Assembly: GCA_045589075.1 (NCBI GenBank)
Contig: JAZNFI010000053.1
Location: 173 to 64,172, forward strand
Source of the DNA: Candidatus Flemingiibacterium sp.
GTDB taxonomy: Bacteria > Bacillota > Clostridia > Oscillospirales > CAG-272
DNA: 64,000 nucleotides
Reading direction: 5' to 3'
In this document: positions 45,761 through 55,273 of the stretch, piece after piece
Layout: every line of letters starts with the position of its first letter
Position numbering within the stretch: the stretch's first letter is position 1
Notes under the pieces: model-generated
The model's input: only the letters and a program-made list of their open reading frames with translations
Database searches by the model: none
What the model was told of the DNA's origin: nothing
Translations under genes and position numbers: made by a program

Positions 45761-46696
45761 TTACAGCACAATATCGTTTTCACGAATGAATTTTTCGACC
45801 TCCGCGGCGGTGGGTATGGACGTGGATGCCCCCACTTTGCCTACAACGATGGTACCCACAGCGTTAGCGTACTTGACAGCTTTTGTAATGTCGCCTGAAC
45901 GCAGATATTCGAGAGTCATGGCTGATGTGAAAGCATCACCTGCGGCAGTGGTATCCACCACTTCGCCCTCATATGTGGTGACAAGCTGAGAATATTTGCC
46001 GTCGTGAATATACGCTCCCCGTTCACCCAGCTTTATTACTACATACTTAGTCTCCACTTTCTGCATAAGGACCGTTGCGGCACGCAGACAATTGGTTATG
46101 TTGTTCGGGAAAATGCCTGTAAGCGCAAAGGTCTCGCTTTCGTTTGGCGAAATCACTTCAAGCTTACCAAGCTCTTCAAGCGGAAAATCAGCTCTTGCTG
46201 GTCCCGCGTCTACAAAAACGGGTATATTCCTCTTGTTTGCAAATTTTGTTGCCGCTATGACAGCCTCCACCGGAATTTCAAGCTGAAGAAATACGGCATC
46301 CGGAATACTTGTCATGGCATCCTCAACGTCAAGAGCTGAAAGCTTCAGGTTAGCTCCGGGATACACAACTATGCGATTCTGACCGCCGTCCTCCACAATA
46401 ATGGTGGCAAGACCGGTGGGCAAATTTTTATCAGCGGTGATAAATCTGGTGTCTATTCCGTTTTCTGAATACAGCGTTTTCAAACGCTGACCGTGATTAT
46501 CGTTTCCCAGCCTTGTGCAAAAAATAGTGTCTGCCCCAAGTTTTGCAAGGGTAAGAGCTGCGTTGGCGCCTTTGCCGCCCGGCACATAATCATAGCTGCG
46601 AGTCTCGACGAGTGTTTGACCGTCTCTGGGCATAGTACCCACCCTCATGATAAAATCCATGTTTGCACTGCTGATTACCAGCACTCTTTTTTCCAT
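45761..46696 (-). CDS. rbsK: Ribokinase (PfkB family)
   Basis: GGKGANAA, and VVDTTAAGDAF near the C-terminus. I chose ATG 46696, 6 nt after AAGGAGGG. Confidence 0.8.
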   Translation of the reverse strand: MEKRVLVISSANMDFIMRVGTMPRDGQTLVETRSYDYVPGGKGANAALTLAKLGADTIFCTRLGNDNHGQRLKTLYSENGIDTRFITADKNLPTGLATIIVEDGGQNRIVVYPGANLKLSALDVEDAMTSIPDAVFLQLEIPVEAVIAATKFANKRNIPVFVDAGPARADFPLEELGKLEVISPNESETFALTGIFPNNITNCLRAATVLMQKVETKYVVIKLGERGAYIHDGKYSQLVTTYEGEVVDTTAAGDAFTSAMTLEYLRSGDITKAVKYANAVGTIVVGKVGASTSIPTAAEVEKFIRENDIVL

Positions 46697-46755
46697 GTTC
46701 AACCCTCCTTGCCGTTTCATTTTCAGAAGAAATCTTCATTACAGTATAGGTATCG

Positions 46756-47922
46756 TCAATATTCAAAAACTTGTCCGCAATCCTTGATTGTAACTTTGTT
46801 TTTACCGTCGTCGGAAGCTTCGCAGTGACCAACGACCTTTGCTTCAACACCATACTTTTTCGCTGTGTCAATAATGAACTGTGCATGTTCAGCATCTACA
46901 TACAGCTCCATTCTGTGTCCCATGTTGAACACCTGGTACATTTCACGGTCGCTGATGTCGGCATTCTTCTTAATTGCCGCAAACAGCGGCGGAATCTCGA
47001 AAAGGTTGTCCTTGATATAGTGAATGCCGGAGCCAAAGTTTTTGCATTTTGCCTGACCCCCGCCCGTACAGTGTATCATTCCGTGCACTGCAGAGCGGTT
47101 AGTGTCAAGTATCTCCTTAATAATAGGTGCATATGTACGGGTGGGAGAAAGAATAGCATCCACTACCGATACATCGGTACCCGGAAGTATGTCGTTCACT
47201 CCGTAGGTGCCGCAGTATACCTTTGAGTCGTCGATGGTGTTTGAAAAGGTTTCCGGGTACTTTGCTGCATAATCATGGGAGAGCATAAGGTGACGTGCCG
47301 CGGTAAGACCGTTAGAACCCATTCCTGCATTGTATGCCTTCTCGTAAACCGCCTTGCCGTAGGAAGCAAGTCCTACTATTACATCGCCTGCCTTTATATT
47401 GTCGCAGTCTATGACATCGCTTTTCTTAAGTCTTACAAAGAATGTGGAGTCAACAATAAGGGTGGAAACAAGATCACCCACATCGGCGGTCTCGCCGCCT
47501 GACATGGTAATGCCAATACCGTATTTACCAAGCATTTCGCAGAATTCGGTATATCCGTCAATAACCTGCTTGATCGCTTCTCCGTTTACTCTGTGGGCAT
47601 TACGACCGATTGTATTTGAAAGCACGAAGCCGTCGGTTGCACCGATACAAAGGAGATCGTCCAGATTCATGACAACCGAATCCTGTGCTATATTGTAAAA
47701 AGCCCCAAGATCGCCGGTCTCCTTATACTTGATATATGCAAGAGAGGACTTTGTTCCCGCACCGTCGGCATGCATAGCCGCACAGTATTCGGGATCACCG
47801 CAGGGATCGGGGATTATCTTACAGAAAGCACCGGCAAACACGCCCTTGTCCTGTTTCTTGATAGCACTGTGCACCTCATCCTTAGTTGCGGAAACTCCGC
47901 GTGATAAATAAGCGTCAGACAT
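46756..47922 (-). CDS. purM: AIR synthase-related protein (long PurM-like, Bacteroides-type phosphoribosylformylglycinamidine cyclo-ligase)
   Basis: RGVSATKDEVH...MHADGAGTKSSLAY...GGETADVGDLV...GMGSNGLTAARH...CTGGGQ.K...MYQVFNMGHRME. Confidence 0.75.
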   Translation of the reverse strand: MSDAYLSRGVSATKDEVHSAIKKQDKGVFAGAFCKIIPDPCGDPEYCAAMHADGAGTKSSLAYIKYKETGDLGAFYNIAQDSVVMNLDDLLCIGATDGFVLSNTIGRNAHRVNGEAIKQVIDGYTEFCEMLGKYGIGITMSGGETADVGDLVSTLIVDSTFFVRLKKSDVIDCDNIKAGDVIVGLASYGKAVYEKAYNAGMGSNGLTAARHLMLSHDYAAKYPETFSNTIDDSKVYCGTYGVNDILPGTDVSVVDAILSPTRTYAPIIKEILDTNRSAVHGMIHCTGGGQAKCKNFGSGIHYIKDNLFEIPPLFAAIKKNADISDREMYQVFNMGHRMELYVDAEHAQFIIDTAKKYGVEAKVVGHCEASDDGKNKVTIKDCGQVFEY

Positions 47923-47949
47923 TTTATTTTCTCCTTTTAAAGTAAAATT

Positions 47950-48495
47950 TTATAATTCAATTACCGATGCATCGGTGGAATTCGGGTAACAGGTTATATC
48001 CAGTATGCGCTGATTGGTACTGCCTCTGAATTTGAGATTCAGATCGCGCTTTGACTCCACATATCGACCGTCCACAAGATAATTGGTCTCGGAAAGCAGC
48101 TCTCTTACCGATGGCTCCGTTTCGCTTTTTGATAGAAGGTGCTCATACGTAAAGCCGCTGTATGTCATTATATCAAGCCCCAGATCATGAGCGGCTCTGG
48201 CAATAATCGCCAGCTCGTGTCCCCATAAAAACGGTTCGCCTCCGCTGAAGGTTACGCCTTTAAGAAGGGGGTTTTTCTTAATATCATCAACAAGCTTTTT
48301 TGTTGTAGTCATCTTTCCGCCGTTATATCCATGAGAATCGGGATTATGACAGCCCGCACATTTATGAGGACAGCCCTGAACAAAAATCACATACCGAAGC
48401 TGTGGACCGTCCACTATAGACTCACGAGCGACGCCGAAAACCCTTATGGGTAGCTCCTCAACAGGCTTCTGACAGCTAATATTTCTTCTTAACAT
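47950..48495 (-). CDS. nrdG: Anaerobic ribonucleoside-triphosphate reductase activating protein-like radical SAM protein
   Basis: ESIVDGPQLRYVIFVQGCPHKCAGCHNP (CxxxCxxC), and GVTFSGGEP. I chose ATG 48495, after GAGAGGAA. Confidence 0.8.
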   Translation of the reverse strand: MLRRNISCQKPVEELPIRVFGVARESIVDGPQLRYVIFVQGCPHKCAGCHNPDSHGYNGGKMTTTKKLVDDIKKNPLLKGVTFSGGEPFLWGHELAIIARAAHDLGLDIMTYSGFTYEHLLSKSETEPSVRELLSETNYLVDGRYVESKRDLNLKFRGSTNQRILDITCYPNSTDASVIEL

Positions 48496-48642
48496 TGTTT
48501 TCCTCTCACTTCCGAGCATAAATATTCGGAACATTCTAACTTAACATAACAAAAAACACAAACATATGCCATTATAAACAAAATACGCGTGGGAGCAACC
48601 GCAATCAATAGACGGTGCTGTAATTATGCCGTCGCCTTGAAT

Positions 48643-51600
48643 TTACTCATCGACGTCAGCCTTCCCTTTGCTGAGGAATACAACAACAACAACCGTAGCA
48701 GCTGCAATAACTATTCCACCAACTATCCAGTAATATAAAGCCGAATCTTTTACCTCGTCAGGCGAAAGTTTCTTCAGCCTTTCGTTTGCGATAGCCTCGG
48801 AAAGTGTATCATCGTTATGGTCGTATGACAAGCCCTCTACGCTTCTTATTGACAATTCCGCGCTGTATATTTTGGAATCACCCACAAGTATCTGTATGGT
48901 TTCGGTATTCTTTATATCTCCGAAGCTCTTAATATCAAAATAAACACTTGTCCATTCGCCTGTCTTAACGGAACCAACTGATTCAAAGCGTTCATTTTCT
49001 CCCACAAGCACCAGCTTTACAGGCACCGTTTCCACAGATATGGGGGTAACTGCATCAAGCTTCATGTTAACCTTAAGGATAGGCGTAAGCTTCATATTTT
49101 CTGTGTGACCAAATCTGTGGATTATACCGTACCATGAAGCATATCCTACATCTCCCCAGGCAGCACTGTCAAACAGTACCGTCATAGCGGTGCCGCCGTC
49201 ATTGGTTATACTGATGTTCTTCGCGTAGTATCCGTACCACATATCGCTGATTCCCGAAGCGCTCCCAAAATCAAAATAGGGGAACCTTCCCTTGATACCC
49301 GAGGGTTCATCGTACACGGCTTCCGACTCGGATATGCGTTTCCTCGGAAGCTTGTCGAAATCAAAGCCACTTATAATATCGGACAAATCGCCGGACTTAA
49401 GAGCAAGCTGCACCGCACTGAAAATGCTGTTGGACAATTCTGTGTCAATGTATTTTACGGTATCGGTGATAGCCGAAGCGTGGGAACTCACTTCAGCTAT
49501 ATAAGCGTCTACTCTTTCGTTGAAGTATGCAGAGCAATATCCCAGCACATATGACTGCATAAGGCTGCTGAGCCTCTTGCCCGTCATAGAGTAAACATCA
49601 TCACAAAAAATGAGGTTCTTACCTGAAGCACCGTTCTCATCAAGCAGCCCCAGAAGCTCTTCACAATCTGCAGCATCTGCATAATCCGCCGTTTCCCTGT
49701 CGCCATGTGTTACCTCAACGCAAAGCTCCCACGGGAAATCTCCGTATTTTCCGGCACAGTAAATTAACAGAGGAAGGTATTCAAAAAGCACATATTCGTT
49801 CTCTTTGCTTATGGGATCGGTATCATACAGATCTGTAACCGAAACATATACCTTCGCTTGAGAATTTTTTGAAATGTAGCTTGCGTATATGGAATACAGT
49901 TGTCCTGCGGTGCGTAGAGCCTGCTCTTTTATAGAAATACCGTTCTCTGCGACACGGTTTTCACCGTCTCCCAAAATAACGCCAACAACACTTCCGCCCG
50001 TCGCCCACCTTCCTGCGGTGTATTCGGCAATGGCACCCAAGTAGTCCACACCGTCCTCAAGCTCGGATACGCGCTGGTTCAAGACATAGTCGTCGGATGC
50101 ATACATAGAGGTAAGTTCATTCTCACAAACGGTATCTAGCCCCGTAAAGCGAAGCACGACTTTTATCCCCGAATCCGAAAGCATTCTGATTTTCTTATCA
50201 ACAGACTCCATATAAGCCGACCTCGGATAATAGAGACATCCCCCGTATATATACGGCTCGCTGTCGCTTTTGGCACCAAATGCAGATCTTATATTGAAGT
50301 CCAACACAGTGACCTTGCAGTCGCTGTCACACACAACCGATAGGTCATCGCATGACATTCCCTTTGCGCCTTTTTCAAAAGTACCGACTCCAAAGGCGCC
50401 GATGCTTTGATTGCTTGCACAGAACGGAGAGTCTATCAAGGAATATGTACCGTCACCATGAAGAATGACCGCCAAATAACGGCTGCAGCGCGAAGCAGGG
50501 TCGTTTTTCGCCAGATTTGCTATAAGTTCAAACCTTGTAGTCATTTCGCCTTCAACAACAGGAGTAAGCAAGGCAAGCTCATCCGGCTCGGGAAGCACAT
50601 CTGAGTTCCATTTGAATACAGCTATGCGGCTGTCACGGTATGAAATCGCCGCATTACGGTTGATCTCGCCCACAATGCAGAGAGATTCCGCTCCATACCC
50701 AAGCTCACAGGAGGTTATCTTGCCGAAAAAAGCTGTTTTTTCGGGTTCGTATCTGTAAACGGGACTCACTGATATGAGCTTTATCTCACCCTTACCGTCC
50801 CCAAAAAGAAGCTCTATGCTGTGAAGCATTGAAGCATCGCCGATAGGCAGGTAGTAATATTGTCCCGACGAATTGGGCTCTATTGGAACGGTCACACTCT
50901 TGTCTTCGCTTATTGCCTGGGAATCAAAGGTTGTATAGTGCAGAATCATCTGGGAGCTGCCCGTATTATTTTCAAGGTGGACACGCAGGCAATTAACGGG
51001 ATATGGCAGCTCGGACATAACCACCGCCGCTTGAAGCAAAACAGGCTCGGACACCTCAGAGGTCATGACAATAGCAGACTTCCCGCGCTCAACCTCAGCC
51101 TTTGCTCCTGCAACGGTAAATGTATCAAACAGGAATCTGTCCACCATTTCTCGGTCAACAATTTCCGCAGCGCGAACAGAGTCGATATAAAATCCATGAT
51201 GAGTGATGTTTTGAACAGAGGTATCAACAAGCAAAGCTATCTCAGCCTCGACAATGGCTCTCCTTCCGTCAAAGGAACCAATATCGGCAGAAATACTGCA
51301 CCATTCCCCGGCTGCTGCAGTGCCGAGGTTATAGCTTGAAGTACCGTCCTCGCTGACAAGGTTGAGACGCACATAATACAGTGCGTTATCATCGTGTTCA
51401 TAGTGGGGCACATATATGTCATATTCAAAGCTTCTGTATTCGGTAAGATCAATGGGCTCATCAAAGCTTATCTTGGTAGATCTCATAATATTCGGATACC
51501 TGTAAGCACATTCCACAAAAAGGCACGTGCGCTCAGCGTACGTTCCCTCATCGCCAAAATTTGCGGTAATGATACGCACACCGTCTGCGTTGGAGCCCCC

Positions 51601-51741
51601 TGTAAATCCGTCCTCGGAATCATCAAAATCGGCTATCATCAATATCTCATCGGAAGGTGGTGAAGCATTTATCGACAAAGCGAGCAGGCAGCCACAAAAC
51701 AGTGCCGCGAAAAGGGCGAAAATTGTGTTTTTGCATCCCAT
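48643..51741 (-). CDS. 1033-aa type-I membrane protein of unknown function (signal peptide, CBM-like modules at both ends, large central domain, C-terminal TM anchor)
   Basis: I chose ATG 51741 after GGAGGTGG. Signal MGCKNTIFALFAALFCGCLLALSINA. C-terminal anchor YYWIVGGIVIAAATVVVVVFLSKGK. Repeated motif GEWCSISADIGSFDG (N-terminal) and GEWTSVYFDIKSFGD (C-terminal). Confidence 0.8.
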   Translation of the reverse strand: MGCKNTIFALFAALFCGCLLALSINASPPSDEILMIADFDDSEDGFTGGSNADGVRIITANFGDEGTYAERTCLFVECAYRYPNIMRSTKISFDEPIDLTEYRSFEYDIYVPHYEHDDNALYYVRLNLVSEDGTSSYNLGTAAAGEWCSISADIGSFDGRRAIVEAEIALLVDTSVQNITHHGFYIDSVRAAEIVDREMVDRFLFDTFTVAGAKAEVERGKSAIVMTSEVSEPVLLQAAVVMSELPYPVNCLRVHLENNTGSSQMILHYTTFDSQAISEDKSVTVPIEPNSSGQYYYLPIGDASMLHSIELLFGDGKGEIKLISVSPVYRYEPEKTAFFGKITSCELGYGAESLCIVGEINRNAAISYRDSRIAVFKWNSDVLPEPDELALLTPVVEGEMTTRFELIANLAKNDPASRCSRYLAVILHGDGTYSLIDSPFCASNQSIGAFGVGTFEKGAKGMSCDDLSVVCDSDCKVTVLDFNIRSAFGAKSDSEPYIYGGCLYYPRSAYMESVDKKIRMLSDSGIKVVLRFTGLDTVCENELTSMYASDDYVLNQRVSELEDGVDYLGAIAEYTAGRWATGGSVVGVILGDGENRVAENGISIKEQALRTAGQLYSIYASYISKNSQAKVYVSVTDLYDTDPISKENEYVLFEYLPLLIYCAGKYGDFPWELCVEVTHGDRETADYADAADCEELLGLLDENGASGKNLIFCDDVYSMTGKRLSSLMQSYVLGYCSAYFNERVDAYIAEVSSHASAITDTVKYIDTELSNSIFSAVQLALKSGDLSDIISGFDFDKLPRKRISESEAVYDEPSGIKGRFPYFDFGSASGISDMWYGYYAKNISITNDGGTAMTVLFDSAAWGDVGYASWYGIIHRFGHTENMKLTPILKVNMKLDAVTPISVETVPVKLVLVGENERFESVGSVKTGEWTSVYFDIKSFGDIKNTETIQILVGDSKIYSAELSIRSVEGLSYDHNDDTLSEAIANERLKKLSPDEVKDSALYYWIVGGIVIAAATVVVVVFLSKGKADVDE

Positions 51742-51849
51742 ATACTCTCCACCTCCGGCAAATTTTGATAGTATCATTAATATTATAGCATATATTCACG
51801 ATAAATGAAATAGTTTTTCAGAAAATTAATATAAATTTTCGATTCACTA

Positions 51850-51878
51850 TTGTATTAATCAATATTTCATGATATAAT
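51850..51878 (+). promoter_or_regulatory. Candidate metA promoter (TTGTAT-17-TATAAT)
   Basis: TTGTAT 51850-51855, a 17-nt spacer, then TATAAT 51873-51878. The leader before ATG 51929 is ~45 nt. Confidence 0.5.
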
Positions 51879-51928
51879 AAATAGCAACTCAAATAAAATT
51901 ATAGGAACATCTCAAACGGAGGAGAAAT

Positions 51929-52846
51929 ATGCCGATAAAAATTCCCACAGGGCTTCCTGCCGGGGAAACCCTCGAAAGAGAAAATATATTTATCATGAAC
52001 AATTTTCGTGCAGAGCATCAGGACATACGCCCTCTTAAAATTGCCATACTTAATCTGATGCCAACAAAAATCACCACAGAGACACAGCTTATAAGGCTTC
52101 TTTCAAACAGCTCGCTTCAGGTTGATCTTACACTTCTTCAGACGGCGACTCATCGCTCCACGCACACCTCTGTCGAGCACATGGAAGCCTTCTACAAGAA
52201 TTTTGACGACATAAGACATGAGAATTTTGACGGTCTCATCATCACAGGGGCGCCCGTTGAAAATCTTCAATTTATCGACGTCACGTACTGGCCTGAGCTC
52301 TGCGATATAATGGAGTGGTCAAAAACACACGTATTCTCTACTTTACACATCTGCTGGGCAGCGCAGGCGGGGCTTTTTTATCACTATGGAGTGGGGAAAT
52401 ATTCCCTCGACAAAAAAATGTTTGGAATCTTCGAGCATTACGCACTGACTCCAAACCATCCCATAGTGCGCGGCTTTGACGAGGTATTTCTCGCTCCCCA
52501 CTCGCGTCATACAGGCATTTTGGAGGAAGACATACATAAAGTCAGCGAGCTTGAGCTTGTTGCAAAGAGCGATATTGCGGGTCCGTACATTATTGCGGCA
52601 AAGAATTCCCGTATGCTCTTTGTCACAGGTCATTCCGAATACGATTATGACACCCTCTCAAAAGAGTACTTCCGCGATGTTGACAAGGGACTTGATATTG
52701 AGATTCCTCACAATTATTTCCCCGACAATGATCCCACCAAGCACCCACGCAACGTCTGGAGAGGCCATGCAAATCTCCTGTTTTCCAACTGGCTTAACTA
52801 CTTCGTTTATCAGAACACCCCCTACGATCTTTCTGACCTCAAATAA
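51929..52846 (+). CDS. metA: Homoserine O-acyltransferase (MetA family)
   Basis: MPIKIP..LPA...L..ENIF......[23 protein letters not shown], and the catalytic region [17 protein letters not shown] upstream. Confidence 0.92.
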   Translation: MPIKIPTGLPAGETLERENIFIMNNFRAEHQDIRPLKIAILNLMPTKITTETQLIRLLSNSSLQVDLTLLQTATHRSTHTSVEHMEAFYKNFDDIRHENFDGLIITGAPVENLQFIDVTYWPELCDIMEWSKTHVFSTLHICWAAQAGLFYHYGVGKYSLDKKMFGIFEHYALTPNHPIVRGFDEVFLAPHSRHTGILEEDIHKVSELELVAKSDIAGPYIIAAKNSRMLFVTGHSEYDYDTLSKEYFRDVDKGLDIEIPHNYFPDNDPTKHPRNVWRGHANLLFSNWLNYFVYQNTPYDLSDLK

Positions 52847-52869
52847 AATAAAATTTTACGGAAATACTA

Positions 52870-52903
52870 ACAAGGCTGTAAATAATACAGCCTTGTTTTT
52901 TAT
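52870..52903 (+). terminator. Rho-independent terminator after metA
   Basis: acaaggctgta / aataa / tacagccttgt followed by tttttta. Confidence 0.8.
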
Positions 52904-52932
52904 TTATAAATTCTGCTGAAAGGAACACTTTT

Positions 52933-53358
52933 ATGGATGCAAATGAAACTCTTTTAAATGAGCTTTACAAGAACACGACCATGGGCGGCGACTCTATTGT
53001 CAATCTTATGGATAAGGCTGACGATCCAAAAATGCGCTCCGAGATGACACGAGAGCTTGAAAAATACCGTGAATATTCCAACCGCGCCGCCCAGCTTCTA
53101 TCCGAAAGAGGACTTAAACCGGAGGAACCGGGTATCATGGCAAAAGCCGGAAGTAAAATGGGAATGGCGTTCAATACAATGCTTGATACAACCACCTCCC
53201 ACATTGCCGAAATGATGATAAACGGAGCTGTTATGGGCATAATTAACATCGAAAAACAGCTTAATTCCGCCGAGCACGATGGAGATGCAAAAAAACTTGC
53301 TCATGACGTTCTTGAATTTGAGAAAAGCACCGCGGATCATCTTGGGAGATTTCTCTGA
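52933..53358 (+). CDS. Hypothetical 141-aa helical protein (stand-alone gene between two terminators)
   Basis: SD GAAAGGAA upstream. The composition looks helical and I recognise no motif. A terminator follows directly. Confidence 0.6.
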   Translation: MDANETLLNELYKNTTMGGDSIVNLMDKADDPKMRSEMTRELEKYREYSNRAAQLLSERGLKPEEPGIMAKAGSKMGMAFNTMLDTTTSHIAEMMINGAVMGIINIEKQLNSAEHDGDAKKLAHDVLEFEKSTADHLGRFL

Positions 53359-53388
53359 CAATTGGTTAAACCCGTACGTCTCCAACTG

Positions 53389-53414
53389 AAAACGCCCGCA
53401 AATGCGGGCGTTTT
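53389..53414. terminator. Bidirectional rho-independent terminator
   Basis: aaaacgcccgc / aaat / gcgggcgtttt. Confidence 0.8.
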
Positions 53415-53575
53415 GGCTGCTTTATGAGCTTTTTCCAATTTTAAATATTTTTCGCAGTAATGGTGCGAACAGCCTCGGAGACTTAACAACAACAACTTTC
53501 ATAAGTACACTTTCCTTCCAATAGTAAGCTGTAATTTACGGCTCATTAAAGCATATGCACAAATTAAACTTATTG

Positions 53576-54235
53576 TTAATCGCGGCTCTCGATAACAAGC
53601 ATTCTCCCTTGCTTCAGAGTTACCTTGGCACACACATCAGTTATTTCGTTGCTGACCGCATATGAATACTGTCTTGTCAATTCAACACTGTCAAGTGGGT
53701 AGTACACTCCCGAGACAGACACACCCTCACACTTGTCGGTAAGTGAAATGAGAGATAAATACTTAAATACCGGCTCTACGGAAATAGACTTTTCCTCACC
53801 ATCCGCGCAAATGATATGCACTCGGTTCCTGCCGTCAGTCATTATAACCTCTGCACCCTTTGACGCAATATATTCAAGCAGAAACACACTGGAAAGAGTG
53901 TGGTCAAGCCTTCCGCCGAGTCCGCCTATGATAAAAATACGCTCTGCCCCTCGCTTAAGTGCTGTGTCAACCGCAAGCTGTGTATCTGTGTCATCCTTTA
54001 CCGGAGGAACTATGATTTTTTCCAGCATATCAAGCTCTACATCCCCCGCACTCTCCATGTCCAGCGAGTCAAGGTCACCGAGAAGCAGTCCGGGAACAAC
54101 ACCTAGCCTTTTCGCCGACAAATAGCCGCTGTCCGCCGCGACTATCATATCATTTTCTCGCGGAGCTACTCTAAGCTCTTCAAGGCTGTCGGCAAAAACC
54201 TGACCGCCTGTGAAAATATAGTAATCCTTACTCAT
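53576..54235 (-). CDS. thiN: Thiamine pyrophosphokinase
   Basis: VAADSGY...LGDLDS...KDDTDT..A...GGLGGRLDH. ATG 54235 overlaps the rsgA stop (ATGA). Confidence 0.85.
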   Translation of the reverse strand: MSKDYYIFTGGQVFADSLEELRVAPRENDMIVAADSGYLSAKRLGVVPGLLLGDLDSLDMESAGDVELDMLEKIIVPPVKDDTDTQLAVDTALKRGAERIFIIGGLGGRLDHTLSSVFLLEYIASKGAEVIMTDGRNRVHIICADGEEKSISVEPVFKYLSLISLTDKCEGVSVSGVYYPLDSVELTRQYSYAVSNEITDVCAKVTLKQGRMLVIESRD

Positions 54236-55254
54236 TTTTTGTCCCATTCGTGCTTGTTTTTGAGCACCTCAAAAAATTCCATATAGCTCCTATGCCGTTC
54301 AGGGGGTATATCGCCCCTTTTTACAGCATCAAGAACAGCACAGCCATCTTCCTTGGTGTGCGTGCATTTAGTATAGCGGCAACAGCCTATATAAGGCTCA
54401 AGCTCCCGGAAAACGTATGGCAGATCCGCTTTTGTGTAGAAATCAAACTGTATGAAATCCAGCATCCCGAAGCCGGGTGTATCAGCCACATAGCCGCCGG
54501 CATCCTTTCCAAACTGCTTATTAAGCGGATACAGTTCTGTATGACGTGTGGTGTGCCTGCCGCGCTGTGTTTTCTCGCTTATCTCACCGGTGGCAAGAGA
54601 AAGTCCCGGGAACATTCTGTTCATCAGCGTAGACTTGCCAACACCCGATGCACCTGCAAATACCGAAAGCTTATCCGAGTTTTGTTCAATGAACTGTTCA
54701 AGCTCCGAGCTGTCTGTACCAATGCCCTCAATAAAAACCTTGAAGCCGCATTTTCTGTAAATATCCGCATAATATTGTGCGCGTTCGGGAGCGAGATCAG
54801 CTTTGGTAATTATTATCACCGGTTCGATTTTCTTGAATTCGGCAATAGTAATAAGCTTGTCCACGGTTGATATGGCAGGTTCAGGCTTGGCGGCTGCGAA
54901 AACCACAAAGATGATGTCGATATTAGATATAGGGGGACGTATCAGCTCGTTCCTCCTTTGATACGCTTCCTCTATCATTATGCCGCCCATGGCATGGTCT
55001 GTATTTTTTTTCAAATCTTCTTCATTCTTGTCAGAAGCTATCGCAAGCTCCGTATCAACGCGCAGAGCTACCTCGTCTCCTACAAGAAGCGTAAGCTTTT
55101 CGTGTCGAAACACACCCCTTGCCTTGCAAAGCAGTGTGTCACCATCAAGCCTTAAGCCTTGATTTGTAAGAGTGTGAATGTCCTCTTTTCTCAGGCGGAC
55201 CTCGTAAAGACCGCCGACTCCCTTTACAATTTTTGCGTTAATTTTCAATTCCAT
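54232..55254 (-). CDS. rsgA: Ribosome small-subunit-dependent GTPase A
   Basis: Circularly permuted GTPase (IIITKADL; FAGASGVGKSTLMN; DTPGF) with the zinc motif CRYTKCTHTKEDGC. I chose ATG 55254. Confidence 0.9.
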   Translation of the reverse strand: MELKINAKIVKGVGGLYEVRLRKEDIHTLTNQGLRLDGDTLLCKARGVFRHEKLTLLVGDEVALRVDTELAIASDKNEEDLKKNTDHAMGGIMIEEAYQRRNELIRPPISNIDIIFVVFAAAKPEPAISTVDKLITIAEFKKIEPVIIITKADLAPERAQYYADIYRKCGFKVFIEGIGTDSSELEQFIEQNSDKLSVFAGASGVGKSTLMNRMFPGLSLATGEISEKTQRGRHTTRHTELYPLNKQFGKDAGGYVADTPGFGMLDFIQFDFYTKADLPYVFRELEPYIGCCRYTKCTHTKEDGCAVLDAVKRGDIPPERHRSYMEFFEVLKNKHEWDKK

Positions 55255-55273
55255 CGTTATGTCATCCCAAGCG

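Noticed and set aside
48496-48642. I looked for tandem NrdR boxes upstream of nrdG.
   Set aside because: Only a weak partial match (acacaaacatatg) and no second box at the expected spacing. This is not convincing without a scoring matrix.
51778-51928. I looked for an S-box (SAM) riboswitch or Met T-box leader upstream of metA.
   Set aside because: The leader after the predicted promoter is only ~45 nt, AT-rich and unstructured. No S-box core or T-box specifier/antiterminator sequence is visible.
54232-54247. No rpe gene lies between rsgA and thiN, unlike the Bacillus cpgA-rpe-yloS order.
   Set aside because: This is a simple synteny difference with an ATGA stop/start overlap. There is no remnant sequence or scar to interpret.
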